Assembly (NCBI GenBank): GCA_011049045.1
Contig: DSCO01000061.1
Location: 228 to 64,227 of the forward strand
Origin: Methanomicrobia archaeon
GTDB taxonomy: Archaea > Halobacteriota > Syntropharchaeia > Alkanophagales > Methanospirareceae
Direction of reading: 5' to 3'
DNA: 64,000 bases
Position 1 is the stretch's first letter; each line of letters starts with the position of its first letter. The notes below the pieces were generated by a model. That model was not told the DNA's origin, made no database searches, and worked only from the letters and a program-made list of their open reading frames with translations. This document shows, one piece after another, positions 1-10,063 of the stretch. The translations under genes were made by a program, and so were the position numbers.

Positions 1-213
1 ACGAGAGGCGAGCGCGCTGCCGACATCGGTTCGCTGGTTGACCTGCTCCTGCGGTTCTCGCAGCTCAGCATCGAGTTCCCGGCGATACTCGAGGCCGACC
101 TCAACCCGGTCAAGGTCTTCGCAAAGGGGAAGGGCTGCTGCGCGATCGATTTCAAGCTGGTGCTAGAAGAAAGGAAAAGAGAAGATGAAAAGCTTACTGG
201 TTTCCTCGATTGA
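1..213 (+). CDS. 3' end of ADP-forming acetate--CoA ligase (ATP-grasp beta/C-terminal part), partial
   Basis: Frame 1 is open from base 1 to TGA at 211-213. The C-terminus ...EFPAILEADLNPVKVFAKGKGCCAIDFKLVLEE resembles the end of archaeal ADP-forming acetyl-CoA synthetases (D-L/I-NP-V/L motif). Confidence 0.5.
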   Translation, partial: TRGERAADIGSLVDLLLRFSQLSIEFPAILEADLNPVKVFAKGKGCCAIDFKLVLEERKREDEKLTGFLD

Positions 214-1249
214 GGAGTATTCGGGCAAAAGCGCGGTGATCATCGCACTGGGACAGATACTCAAGGAGCGCGGATTTAGCGTGGGTTACTTCAAGCCATT
301 CGGCATCGGCATCACGCGGATCGGTGATCGATTCGTTGACGAAGATGTGTACAACACCGCCACCGTTCTTCAGACGGGCGATGCGCTCGATGATATCTGT
401 CCGGTCACCCTTGACAAGCCGTACGTGGAATTCGCGCGCTCTGCAGATCTTCCAGAACTGAAGCAGCGCGTACGGGAGTCGTACACACGCGTGGCCGCGG
501 GCAAGGACATCGTGCTTGTGGAAAGTGCCGGCGAGTACAAATTCGGGAAAGCACTGGAACTCTGTGACTTTAACATCGCGTCCATGCTCGATCTAAACAT
601 CCTCCTCGTCGTGAAATATACGAGCGATTTCGTCCTCGATAAGATCCTGGCGGCACGCGAACTCCTCGGCGACCGGCTCAGGTTCATCATCTTCAATCAG
701 CTCTCGGGCTATAAGACCGCATACGTCGAGGAGCTCAACGAGCGTTTCTTTAAGCAGAATGGGATAACGCTCCTGGGAACACTGCCCTACAGCCCGCTGC
801 TCGCCGGGCTCTCTGTTCGCGAGATCGCAGACGCCTTGCACGGTGAATGGCTGATCAGGGGCAAGCGGGGAGAAGAGGTAATCATTGAGGAGTTGTTGAT
901 CGGAGCGATGTCTCCGCCCGCCGCGCTGAAGTACTTCCGGCGGGTGCGGCACGCGGCACTGATCACGGGCGGCGATCGCGCGGATTTGCAGAATCTCGCA
1001 CTGGAATCGGGCACTATCGAGTGCTTGCTGCTGACCGGTAATCTGGAACCAGCGGCCACGATCATCGGGCGAGCAGAGGAACTGGGCGTTCCGATCATCC
1101 TTGTCGCGGATGATACGCTCACGACGATCGAGCGATTGGATGAAGCGCTGGGTAAAGCGCGAATCCGAGGCGCGGCGAAGGTGAAGAAGGTGAAAGAGCT
1201 CGTCGAGCAGTTTGTTGATCTGGACCTACTCATCGCACATGCTGACTGA
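185..1249 (+). CDS. DRTGG / phosphotransacetylase-N-terminal-like protein (CobQ/BioD-like NTPase fold + DRTGG domain)
   Basis: 354-aa ORF overlapping the upstream stop. GKSAVIIALG P-loop-like N-terminus and overall resemblance to the Pta N-terminal/DRTGG family. Lies next to the ACD fragment. Confidence 0.5.
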   Translation: MKSLLVSSIEEYSGKSAVIIALGQILKERGFSVGYFKPFGIGITRIGDRFVDEDVYNTATVLQTGDALDDICPVTLDKPYVEFARSADLPELKQRVRESYTRVAAGKDIVLVESAGEYKFGKALELCDFNIASMLDLNILLVVKYTSDFVLDKILAARELLGDRLRFIIFNQLSGYKTAYVEELNERFFKQNGITLLGTLPYSPLLAGLSVREIADALHGEWLIRGKRGEEVIIEELLIGAMSPPAALKYFRRVRHAALITGGDRADLQNLALESGTIECLLLTGNLEPAATIIGRAEELGVPIILVADDTLTTIERLDEALGKARIRGAAKVKKVKELVEQFVDLDLLIAHAD

Positions 1250-1316
1250 ACGAGTGCGCGCGCGCCTGTGCGGAACCAGCCACAGATTTTTTTATGACTA
1301 TGACTTTTAATAGAAT

Positions 1317-1632
1317 TGTGCGGGCTAGCCTGGAGGGTTAGGCGTCCTCTGTCACTCGAAATCGCCGATATGCGAGGGGCGAAGCCTGAGGAAGGCTCTG
1401 TAGTTGTCAGCTTCAGCTCATGGTTGGACGAGGAAGCACCGCCCTGCGGGGTTGACGGTGGCCTGGCATCAGGCTGGAGGGCCTGGTGCCTTGCCTTTGC
1501 CACGGATACCGGTTTAGGCCCGGAAGGGAGCGGACTCACTGTGGGCGTTGGCGCTCGGAGGATAGCGGTGTGGAGAAAGACCATGAGGGTCTGGTTGGCG
1601 GCTTAGGGGTCGACCAAGGGCGTGCCCGCACA
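1317..1632 (+). ncRNA. ffs: Signal recognition particle RNA (archaeal 7S/SRP RNA)
   Basis: About 316-nt GC-rich non-coding stretch in a 650-bp intergenic gap. The 5' Alu-domain-like sequence is GCGGGCUAGCCUGGAGGGUUAGGCGUCCUCUGUCACUCGAAAUCGCCGAUAUGCGAGGGGCGAAGCC. The helix-8 motif is GGCCCGGAAGGGAGCGG. The 5' UGUGCGGGC pairs with the 3' GCCCGCACA, and the gene is followed by a T-rich tract. Confidence 0.72.
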
Positions 1633-1900
1633 AACCTTTTCTTTCCAAGAAAAGGTTTATCAAAAGAACGTATTTACCGTTACTGGATCGTTGATTCAAA
1701 GAAACGTTTAGATTTTCTTCCTTGTGTTTGCAGAGAAAGTTCAAACCGCTTTTTCCCCGTATAGCCAGACACAAAAACAGTTTCTGGTAAAATGATGTTA
1801 CAACGATTTTCCAGGGCGATTCTTAGAGCGGTGATGTCTTTGCAACCCCTATTTCCTGATTACAGCTGTGCTAAGTAAGGCCGAGTAATCTCCTTCGCAC

Positions 1901-3357
1901 TTAAAATGGCTCGAAACCTTTGGTGAGCACGCGAACGAGCATCAAAACCGGAATGATCTCCAGACGACCAATCCACATGTTCATGATCAACATTACTTTT
2001 CCTGCATATGGCAGCCCCGTGCTGGTGATGCCCGTGGAGAGTCCGACATTGCTCTGCGCCGAGACCACCTCGAAGATCACCTCGTTGAGCGTGTAGCCTG
2101 GGATACCCGCAACGGTCAAGACACTCACGCCAACGAGGAGGAAAAGGATCCAGAGAATGATGATCAATTGGCCTCTGCGCCGATGCTATTTATCTCCTCG
2201 TCATTGAGCAAGCGCTCACCAAAGCGGAAGGGCTTGATCGCGTTTTTGGGTAACAACGCCTTGACCAGCGACCAGTTGAGCCCTTTCCAGACGATCACTG
2301 CTCTGATGAGCTTTATTTCGCCCGCGGTCGAACCTGCTCCACCGCCGATGAGCATCGCCATCCAGACCATGCTGAGCGCTTGACCGGACCACAGATGCAC
2401 GTTCGCGGTCTGGAAGCCCGTGCAGGTGAGTCCTGAGACGATTTGGAACGGCGAGAAGCGGAGCGCCGCGAACGCCGAGCTATAAAAACCGGTATAGTTC
2501 ACAATGAATAAGAGGGTGAGTAATACCAGCAAAAGCATGAAAAGAGCACGAATCTGCAGATCTCTGAAAAACGCGCGTACGTCACCTTTGAGCAACTTGT
2601 AGTGAACGATAAAGGGAATTGCGCCGAGTATCATCATGGGTATGACGGCGAGTTCGATAAGCGGGCTATCATAAAACGCCATGCTGGTCTCGGTGATGGT
2701 GAACCCACCGGTGCCCAGAGCGGTCATGCTGTGGTTTATCGCCTCCCAGAAGCTCATCCCGGCGAAGTAAAAGAGAACGATCGCAACAGCGGTAAGCAGC
2801 AGGTAGATCCACCAGATGATCCGCACGGTGGAGATAATACTCGGCCGAATCTTCTCTTCGCGCGCTTCCGCGCGATATAACCGGAAGGCACCCGTTCCGG
2901 GGCGTGCTAAGATCGTCACCATCAGCACAATCACCCCGACGCCGCCCACCCACTGCATCGTACTTCGCCAGAACTGCATCGTATGGGTAAGTGATGATGG
3001 ATGCGCGACCATAGTCAAGCCGGTACCCGTCCACCCGGACATTGCTTCGAAGAAAGAATCGAGCGGGCTCATGCCTTCAATGAAGATAAACAGGCCTGAA
3101 CTAACTGCGGGAACGATGAGCCATGCTATTGCTGCCGTAATCATCGCATGCTTCCGCTGTGGCTCTTTCTGCCCTCTGCAGGTTAATCTCAGCAGTGCGC
3201 CGATGCCGATGGTAACCATGGCCGTGAGCAGCAGGACCGAGACAACGAAGAGCTCCCTGAACGCGGCGGAGACAATGAGCAGTACCGTCATGAGTACACC
3301 AACCAGCATCAAGATACTGCCGAGATCCACAAGCACAATTCTCACATTGGTAAACAC
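1901..3357 (-). pseudogene. trkH: TrkH/KtrB-family K+ uptake permease, interrupted by a -1/+1 frameshift near 2164-2200
   Basis: ORFs 2164..3357 (397 aa) and 1901..2167 (88 aa) together align with the full-length paralog at 3541..4992. The N part ends ...GERLLNDEEINSIGAEAN* and the C part carries the conserved ...NVGLSTGITSTGLPYAGK...WIGRLEIIPVL end. The ATGA overlap shows the reading frame changes. Confidence 0.6.
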
Positions 3358-3540
3358 GTTACCCCTCCGATCACTCCACAGTCTAGACCTGCATACGTAA
3401 ACGAAGCGCCCTCAGCACAACCGATTTCGTTGATCTCGATTACGGGTCTCTGTGCTTTATATCATTCATTTTTTATCGATGTATCTTCTGGTTTTTTCTG
3501 TATGCACGGATTCTCTTCTGTAACGGGAGAATCGAGGGAG

Positions 3541-4992
3541 ATGGACAAGCGGATTATCTACGGCGGTATTGGGAGCATCGTGAAATACCTCGGCATCTTA
3601 ATGGTTATTCCGCTCCTCGTAGCGGTCTGGTACGGTGACCGCACCATATCGCCGTTTATTGTGACGACCTGGCTGATCCCGCTCGGGATCACCATCACCT
3701 GTGGCATCATCCTGGAGAAACGGCTCGGCACGGTGGGCGTGATCAAGCGTCGCGAGGGTTTTGCGATCGTGGGCCTGGGCTGGCTCGCGGTGGCCTTATT
3801 CGGCTCGCTCCCCTACATCTTCTCCGCTACACTCGGACCGATCGACGCCTTTTTTGAATCAATGTCTGGATTCACCACCACGGGCGCCACGGTGATGCTT
3901 GAGCTTGAACAGATCGACCGGAGCATACTATTCTGGCGCAGCTTCTCGCAGTGGATCGGCGGCATGGGCGTCATTATCCTCTTCATTGCGATCCTTCCCA
4001 CCTTCGGCATCGCCGGGAGTCAGCTCTTCGACCGCGAGTTCCCGGGGCCCATGGCCGAACGAATTCGACCGCGCGTTCAGGTGACCGCCCGTATGCTCTG
4101 GTCCATTTACGTCGTGTTGACCGGCGCGGAGATAATCTTGCTCTATTTCCTCGCGCAGATGACGCCCTTCCACGCCTTCTGCACCGCGTTCAGCACCATG
4201 CCGACCGGCGGCTTCTCACCGCTCTCCGCCAATATCGCCGGGTATAACAACCAAACCGCGGAGTTCATCATCATGCTCTTCATGTTCCTCGGCGGCATGA
4301 ACTTCATTCTGCACTACTCGTTGATCCGAAAACCCCAGCGGGTCATCGCAAACAAGGAGTTTCAGGTCTATTGCGCCTTCATCTTCGCCGCGATCGCGAT
4401 CATCGTCACGGATCTCTACAGTCATGGCTATTATGCGTCCTTCCTCGAGGCATTTCGGTATGGCGGCTTTCAGGCTATCTCCTTTATGACCACCACGGGC
4501 TTCACCACGGCCAACTTCGATGCCTGGACGCATTTGTCGAAGATCATCCTCCTGAGCCTGATGTTCGTCGGCGGCTGCGGCGGGTCAACAGGCGGGAGCA
4601 TCAAGGTTATCCGCGTCTATGTGCTGCTCAAATACATCGGGCAGCGAATTCGCCATATCCTTTATCCACACGCGATCTTCGTGCTGAAGAGCGGCAGGAA
4701 GCCGATCTCCGACGATATCATCCAGGGGATTGCCGCGTTCATCTTCTCCTATTTCTTGCTCTTCGTTATCTGCTCCATCCTCATGACCGCGATAGGGTTT
4801 GATATCCTGAGCGCAGCATCTGCAGTAGCTGCGACACTCGGTAACGTGGGTCCCGGTTTGGGGCTCGTAGCTGCTAATTATGCCGCTGTTCCGGTGACCG
4901 GTAAGATCATACTCTCGTTTTGTATGTGGATCGGGCGGCTGGAGCTCTTCACCGTTCTGGTGCTGTTCACCCCCGCGTTCTGGAAAGGGTGA
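3541..4992 (+). CDS. trkH: TrkH/KtrB-family K+ uptake permease (intact paralog)
   Basis: Multi-pass membrane protein with repeated M1-P-M2 units, GFTTTGATV and TTTGFTTAN selectivity-type motifs. The likely start is MDKRIIYGG at 3541, within the longer ORF 3430..4992. Confidence 0.8.
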   Translation: MDKRIIYGGIGSIVKYLGILMVIPLLVAVWYGDRTISPFIVTTWLIPLGITITCGIILEKRLGTVGVIKRREGFAIVGLGWLAVALFGSLPYIFSATLGPIDAFFESMSGFTTTGATVMLELEQIDRSILFWRSFSQWIGGMGVIILFIAILPTFGIAGSQLFDREFPGPMAERIRPRVQVTARMLWSIYVVLTGAEIILLYFLAQMTPFHAFCTAFSTMPTGGFSPLSANIAGYNNQTAEFIIMLFMFLGGMNFILHYSLIRKPQRVIANKEFQVYCAFIFAAIAIIVTDLYSHGYYASFLEAFRYGGFQAISFMTTTGFTTANFDAWTHLSKIILLSLMFVGGCGGSTGGSIKVIRVYVLLKYIGQRIRHILYPHAIFVLKSGRKPISDDIIQGIAAFIFSYFLLFVICSILMTAIGFDILSAASAVAATLGNVGPGLGLVAANYAAVPVTGKIILSFCMWIGRLELFTVLVLFTPAFWKG

Positions 4993-5104
4993 ACCGCAGC
5001 CCACTCGTTGCGCCGTGTGGTAACGTTGCCAGATAACGTTCAGAAAGCGAAAGCCGTTACGCTACACGTAAACGGGGATCTTACCTCTAAATCTGTTGTT
5101 TAGT

Positions 5105-5764
5105 TCAGGGCGAAAAGAGCGCGTTAATTTTATCTGCTTCTTTTGCCTTCGCAAAGACCGTGACGTGATCGCCCGCCTGAAGCGGTATGTCGCCACTCGG
5201 CAGGATGAGCTCGTCATTCCGCTCGATTGCCACCACCGTCCCGCCCTTCATGTTCAGCTCTGAGAGCTCCTTGCCCACGGCACGTGAATTTTCCGAGACC
5301 ACGACCTCGAAGATGTCCGCTTTGCCGCGACCGATGGTGATGAAATCCTTTATCCGTGGCCGCTTCGCCGAGATATACAGGTGACGAGCAACGGTCATAT
5401 CGGGGTTCTCGAGCATTACCACGTCCGCTTTCTTGAACATCTCCACATGCTCTTCCTGATTCACGATCGCAACAGTGTTCTTCGTACCCAATTCCTTGGC
5501 CGTGAGCGCCATCATCAAGTTATCCGCGTCGTCCGAGGTTGTAGCAATGAGCGCGTCCGCCCGCTGCGCGTTCGCTTCCTCCAGGGTTGACTTCTGCGTG
5601 GCGTCGCCGACGATCGTGAGTACGTCATACTGCTCTGCGATCTCCTTGCAGCGTTTCTCGTTCTCGTCGATGACCACGACGTCGTTCTTGTCTCTGGTGG
5701 CGATATTCACCAGATTCTTGCCGATTCCGCCCAGTCCCACGATTATCAGATACACGCCACGCAT
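5105..5764 (-). CDS. trkA: TrkA K+ transport regulatory protein (RCK: TrkA-N NAD-binding + TrkA-C)
   Basis: LIIVGLGGIGKNLV Rossmann motif at the N-terminus and a TrkA-C-like C-terminal half. Adjacent to two trkH genes. Confidence 0.8.
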   Translation of the reverse strand: MRGVYLIIVGLGGIGKNLVNIATRDKNDVVVIDENEKRCKEIAEQYDVLTIVGDATQKSTLEEANAQRADALIATTSDDADNLMMALTAKELGTKNTVAIVNQEEHVEMFKKADVVMLENPDMTVARHLYISAKRPRIKDFITIGRGKADIFEVVVSENSRAVGKELSELNMKGGTVVAIERNDELILPSGDIPLQAGDHVTVFAKAKEADKINALFSP

Positions 5765-5802
5765 CCTCAGTAACTCTTCATCATGGAGTATAATATCACT
5801 TT

Positions 5803-8571
5803 CTATTTTTCCCGTAGCAGGGCCTCGAGAAATCGTAATCCTGCCTCACGTGCTTCATCCACGAGCTCCACGTGCTCGCCGCCACCCTGTGCGAGCTCCG
5901 CTTTGCCACCGCCACTGCCGCCGAGCGCGCCAGATACGTTCTTGATGAGTTCGCCCGCATGCAGTTTATCACTGAGTGTTCGGGGCACAGCGGCAACAGC
6001 CGATACACGAGCCTCGCCCCTGTTGAGCAAGATCGCCACGTAGTTATCATCAGCGAGCTGAGACGCGATCTTCAGCATCCCCTTGGCATCGGCCCCGGGC
6101 AGCACCGCGGCAATTACGTTCACTCCGCTGATCACCTGCACATTGCCCTTCAATCGCTCCAGCTCCAGATCCGCTAGCTCGCCGCGCAATCGCTCGGTCT
6201 CTTTCCGTAACTCTTTCCACTCCTCGAAGAACCGCGCAACGACCCCGGGCAGCTTCTCCAGCGGCACTTTGAGCACCGCGGCGGACTCCTTTATCAGCTC
6301 TTCCTGTGCCTGGATTGCCTCAATTGCTGCTTCTCCTGCCGCGTACTCCAACCGCTCAACGCCGTCCTGGATACGATCGATGCGCAGGAGTTTTATCGGG
6401 CCGACTTCGCCCGTCTTCGCGAGATGCGTGCCCGCACAGGCCTGCACATCCAGATCATCACCGATCCGCACGATTCGTATCTGCTCACCAACAGGCACGC
6501 CGCCCTGGTAAATACGCGAGCCATAGCGCTGCTCCGCCTCGCTCCGGTCCACAAAGCCCGTCGTGATGGGGAGATCGTCCATAACGATTTTATTGGCGAG
6601 CATCTCGATCGCCCGCCGCTCATCATCGGAAATCCGTTTGAAGTGCGCGATATCAATTCTTGCCCGCTTTTCTGTCTTCTGCGCACCCGCTTGCCACACG
6701 TGCTCGCCCAATATTTTACGTGCCGCAGAGACAACGATATGCGTTGCTGTATGGTGCTTCTTATGCGCCATTCGCCGGGTAAGATCTAGTTTACCCGTTA
6801 CGGTAGCGCCCTTCGGTATGTTCCGAGCTCGCATATCTGCCAGTTTATGGAGAATAACACCCTCAATGCTCTGCACATCAACGACGCTGAATCGTTCTTG
6901 CTCCAGGATCAGGTAACCTGTATCGGCCGGTTGACCGCCACCTTCGGGGAAGAAGAGCGTCTGATCCAGAATGACCGAATCGTCGAGTGTCTCCAGGACC
7001 GTAGCCGTGAATTCCACCGCGTGCGGCGTTTCGTAATAGAGCTTCTTCGTCGCCGGTATGCCTTTCGTCTCTTCTTGCAGGTGCTCCACAAACGGCGTCA
7101 GCTCCTCCTTCTGTTCCTCGCTGTGCAGCTTTGCCACCAGCGTATAGAAGTTCTCGGGGATATTCACCGCCAGACCTTTGCTCTGCGGGCCCAATGCAGT
7201 GACCACTTCCTTCACAAATTCCGGCGGGAGCCCGTGGGTATCGTATAAATTGATGAGATGATCAACGGGAACTTCTCGCTCAGCCTTCCCGGTAAAGTCC
7301 TTAGCGAGCTGCTTGACGATTCGCTCGCCCTTCACGAGGGTCTCATCGTACCGCTGCTTCTCGAGGGAGACGATCTCGATGATTCGCTCTACTGACCGCT
7401 CCAACTCAGGGAACGAATGCCTGAGCGTCTTTATCTGCAGGAGAATGAGCTCTTCCAGGGGCGTCTCGATCCCCAATGATTTCACCATCCGAAAGGCCCG
7501 TCGCAGGACGAGCCGTGCGAGATAGCCCTCCTTCGCATTCGAGGGAACGATCCCGTCAGCGAGCATGAAGGTCAGACATTTCGTGTGGTCGGCAATTGCA
7601 TACACGGTCTCGATCGGCTCCAGAATGCGCGTCAGCTCGTCAAAGGGTAGCCCGACCCGCTGCGCGATCTCGCGTCGGTTCAGAGCACCGGAGAGGCTCG
7701 CCTGCGTGCGTATAAGCTCAGGATATAGCTCCAGCGGGTGCTCGATCCCCGCGGCATTCACCAATTCGGTAATTACCGTCGGAAACAGGGCGTCATAGAC
7801 CGTCGGTGTGCCCGTGGACGCCCAGACGAAACGTTCCAGACCGTAACCGGTATCCACGATATACGTGTCCATCTTCCCATAGCGCTGTCCGGCGATCTCG
7901 ATCTCGCCGTGTGGTGAGAGCTCGAGATCCATGAAGACGAGCGTTGCGAGCTCCAGACCGCCCGTAATGACTTCGAGGCATGGACCTGCATTCCCACCGC
8001 CATACCAGGGCGCCTCTTTATAGGTTATGCTCTCACGCGCCACACCAAGCTGTTGCAGGAACGCATCGCAATACGCCACCGTCTCATTCTTCCAGTAAAT
8101 CTCCTCACGGCCTCGCTTGTTGAACGCATGATGTCCCATCATCTCGAAGGTGGTGAGATGGCGACCGGTTCGCCCGATAGACTCAAGATCCTCGAGTCGT
8201 ATACAGGGCTGCGAGATGGCGAGTGGATTCGCCGGTGGCGGGACTTTGCCGGAGGTTACAAAGGGTTGAAAATCAGCAATGGAGGCGATCGTGAGATAGA
8301 TATCATCACGCCAGCGCGCAACCACGGGATACCTGCTCAGTCGCGTATGAGAGCGCGCTTCAAAGAATGAGAGGAACAATTCGCGCATCTCGTCCGGACT
8401 CCGCTCACTGAAGATCGGCGCGCCAATAAAGGAGTAAGTCGCACAGGGTGCATCACCACAGATCGCCTGGTTGGGATCGCGAGTCCAGAAAAAGGACCCA
8501 CACTTCTTGCACTGACACCTCACGAAATCGTGCTCCCTGAAGTACTCTAAATCGTATTCCTGGTTCCCCAT
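5803..8571 (-). CDS. alaS: Alanine--tRNA ligase, archaeal type
   Basis: 922-aa ORF. N-terminal zinc-binding CQCKKCGSFFWT, class-II core and a C-terminal editing/DHHA1-like region typical of archaeal AlaRS. Confidence 0.9.
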   Translation of the reverse strand: MGNQEYDLEYFREHDFVRCQCKKCGSFFWTRDPNQAICGDAPCATYSFIGAPIFSERSPDEMRELFLSFFEARSHTRLSRYPVVARWRDDIYLTIASIADFQPFVTSGKVPPPANPLAISQPCIRLEDLESIGRTGRHLTTFEMMGHHAFNKRGREEIYWKNETVAYCDAFLQQLGVARESITYKEAPWYGGGNAGPCLEVITGGLELATLVFMDLELSPHGEIEIAGQRYGKMDTYIVDTGYGLERFVWASTGTPTVYDALFPTVITELVNAAGIEHPLELYPELIRTQASLSGALNRREIAQRVGLPFDELTRILEPIETVYAIADHTKCLTFMLADGIVPSNAKEGYLARLVLRRAFRMVKSLGIETPLEELILLQIKTLRHSFPELERSVERIIEIVSLEKQRYDETLVKGERIVKQLAKDFTGKAEREVPVDHLINLYDTHGLPPEFVKEVVTALGPQSKGLAVNIPENFYTLVAKLHSEEQKEELTPFVEHLQEETKGIPATKKLYYETPHAVEFTATVLETLDDSVILDQTLFFPEGGGQPADTGYLILEQERFSVVDVQSIEGVILHKLADMRARNIPKGATVTGKLDLTRRMAHKKHHTATHIVVSAARKILGEHVWQAGAQKTEKRARIDIAHFKRISDDERRAIEMLANKIVMDDLPITTGFVDRSEAEQRYGSRIYQGGVPVGEQIRIVRIGDDLDVQACAGTHLAKTGEVGPIKLLRIDRIQDGVERLEYAAGEAAIEAIQAQEELIKESAAVLKVPLEKLPGVVARFFEEWKELRKETERLRGELADLELERLKGNVQVISGVNVIAAVLPGADAKGMLKIASQLADDNYVAILLNRGEARVSAVAAVPRTLSDKLHAGELIKNVSGALGGSGGGKAELAQGGGEHVELVDEAREAGLRFLEALLREK

Positions 8572-8687
8572 TTTGTCTTATGCACATGGGAAATCGAGGC
8601 ATAAATAGTTATGTGGTTTCACGTCGGCGCTGCGCTGCATGATGTACCAAAAAACTATTCTACTAAGAGAACATTTATCACGTAGAG

Positions 8688-9758
8688 ATGAATGGTGTAC
8701 TTTCGGGCGATCGGATCGTACTGGCCGCCGCCGACGCGGAGGGTCATGAGCAGAAAGGCTTCAAAGAGCCGCGGAGCCACAGCGGGCGACGAGCGACCCC
8801 TGAAAGAACGATCTCACTCTCACTGGAAGAGGCAGCGTATCTACTCGAAACAGGCAAGCTTCAGATCATGGCGAACGAAGCCGAGGGAGTTGCGTTAACG
8901 CTTGAGGAGTTCTTTCTGTATGCACGGGAAATCCAGCCGAACTTCAGCGCCCGATACATCGTCTTCAGGGATTTACGTGAGCGTGGCTATGTGGTGCAGC
9001 CCGGCGAGCGCGAATTTTTGCTCTTTCCGCGTGGCACCAAACCGGGAGTGAAAGCCGCGAGGCACTTCATTCGCATCTTCTCGGAACGTGAGTGCTTAGC
9101 GGCAAAGGAGATTCTGCAGCTCCTGCAACGAGCGCAGAACATGCGAAAAGAGCCTATAATTGCGGTGGTCGATGACGAGAGCGATGTGACGTACTACGAA
9201 GTGCGGGAATTGCCGCTCGAGTGGGGTGAGAAACGCGAAGCGCGCGAAGGAATTGCGGGTCCTGAAAAGGAAGGAGGAGCCATCTCGCTGCTCGAGGACA
9301 AGGTCGTTGTCTGGGACACTCAGCTAGCTGAGCACCTTCACGTGACAGCGTTCTACGGTAACTTGACGAAGGAAAAGCGGCTTCTACTCTCGCTGATTGA
9401 GGCGGCGTATTTGATAAGAACGGGCGTGCTGGCCGCGGATAGCGAGCAGTTCGGAGCTCATGCAGCTCTGGTAGACCGCGAGTTCCAGTCGAAATACCAG
9501 ATCTATGCTGATTTACGTGACCGGGGACTGGTGCCGAAGACGGGCTATAAATTCGGGACCCACTTCCGGGTCTACCGGGGAGCACAGCAGACGCATTCCA
9601 CGGAATTGATCCACGTGCTGCCCGAAACCCATGTGTTCTCGCTACCGGCGCTGGCACGCGCAGTTCGATTAGCGCACGGCGTGAAGAAACGGATGATCTT
9701 CGCCTTCATCGCGGGAGAACGTCGGCTGTATGTGGGTGTGGGACGGAAAAAGCTGTAA
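8688..9758 (+). CDS. endA: tRNA-splicing (intron) endonuclease, tandem two-domain (alpha'2) type
   Basis: Two repeated EndA units. The N-terminal unit is degenerate: YIVFRDLRERGYVVQPGEREFLLFPRG. The C-terminal unit is catalytic: YQIYADLRDRGLVPKTGYKFGTHFRVYRG...HSTELIHV. Confidence 0.75.
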   Translation: MNGVLSGDRIVLAAADAEGHEQKGFKEPRSHSGRRATPERTISLSLEEAAYLLETGKLQIMANEAEGVALTLEEFFLYAREIQPNFSARYIVFRDLRERGYVVQPGEREFLLFPRGTKPGVKAARHFIRIFSERECLAAKEILQLLQRAQNMRKEPIIAVVDDESDVTYYEVRELPLEWGEKREAREGIAGPEKEGGAISLLEDKVVVWDTQLAEHLHVTAFYGNLTKEKRLLLSLIEAAYLIRTGVLAADSEQFGAHAALVDREFQSKYQIYADLRDRGLVPKTGYKFGTHFRVYRGAQQTHSTELIHVLPETHVFSLPALARAVRLAHGVKKRMIFAFIAGERRLYVGVGRKKL

Positions 9759-10063
9759 GCGCTGGCTGCTTCACGGACTCACCACGGGCGCGGCTGCGAT
9801 CGCCGTGATTCTTGCGCTCATTTTTCCGCTTAGCATATTCGATTCGATGTAGACTTTGCCGTCTTCTTTTGCGGCTGCTGTACGGGCCGCGGGTTCATGG
9901 AGTCGCGTGGGTCTGGAAAGGGGGATTTCCATAACGCTCATCCTTTTTCGCTGCGTCTCACCCAACAGCCGATTTGCATCGGATAGTGCTTTTATATAAA
10001 TAGACTCAGGGGCAATGTAGTGGCGAAGACGTACAAGTGCTCTGCGACGTACGGGTAACGACG

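Noticed and set aside
787-1584. 265-aa minus-strand ORF antisense to the DRTGG gene and running into the SRP RNA
   Set aside because: Shadow ORF in GC-rich coding DNA. Low-complexity Ser/Pro/Ala-rich product, and the sense-strand gene has clear homology.
9771-9965. 64-aa ORF downstream of endA on the opposite strand
   Set aside because: Ala-rich low-complexity product with no motif. Insufficient support.
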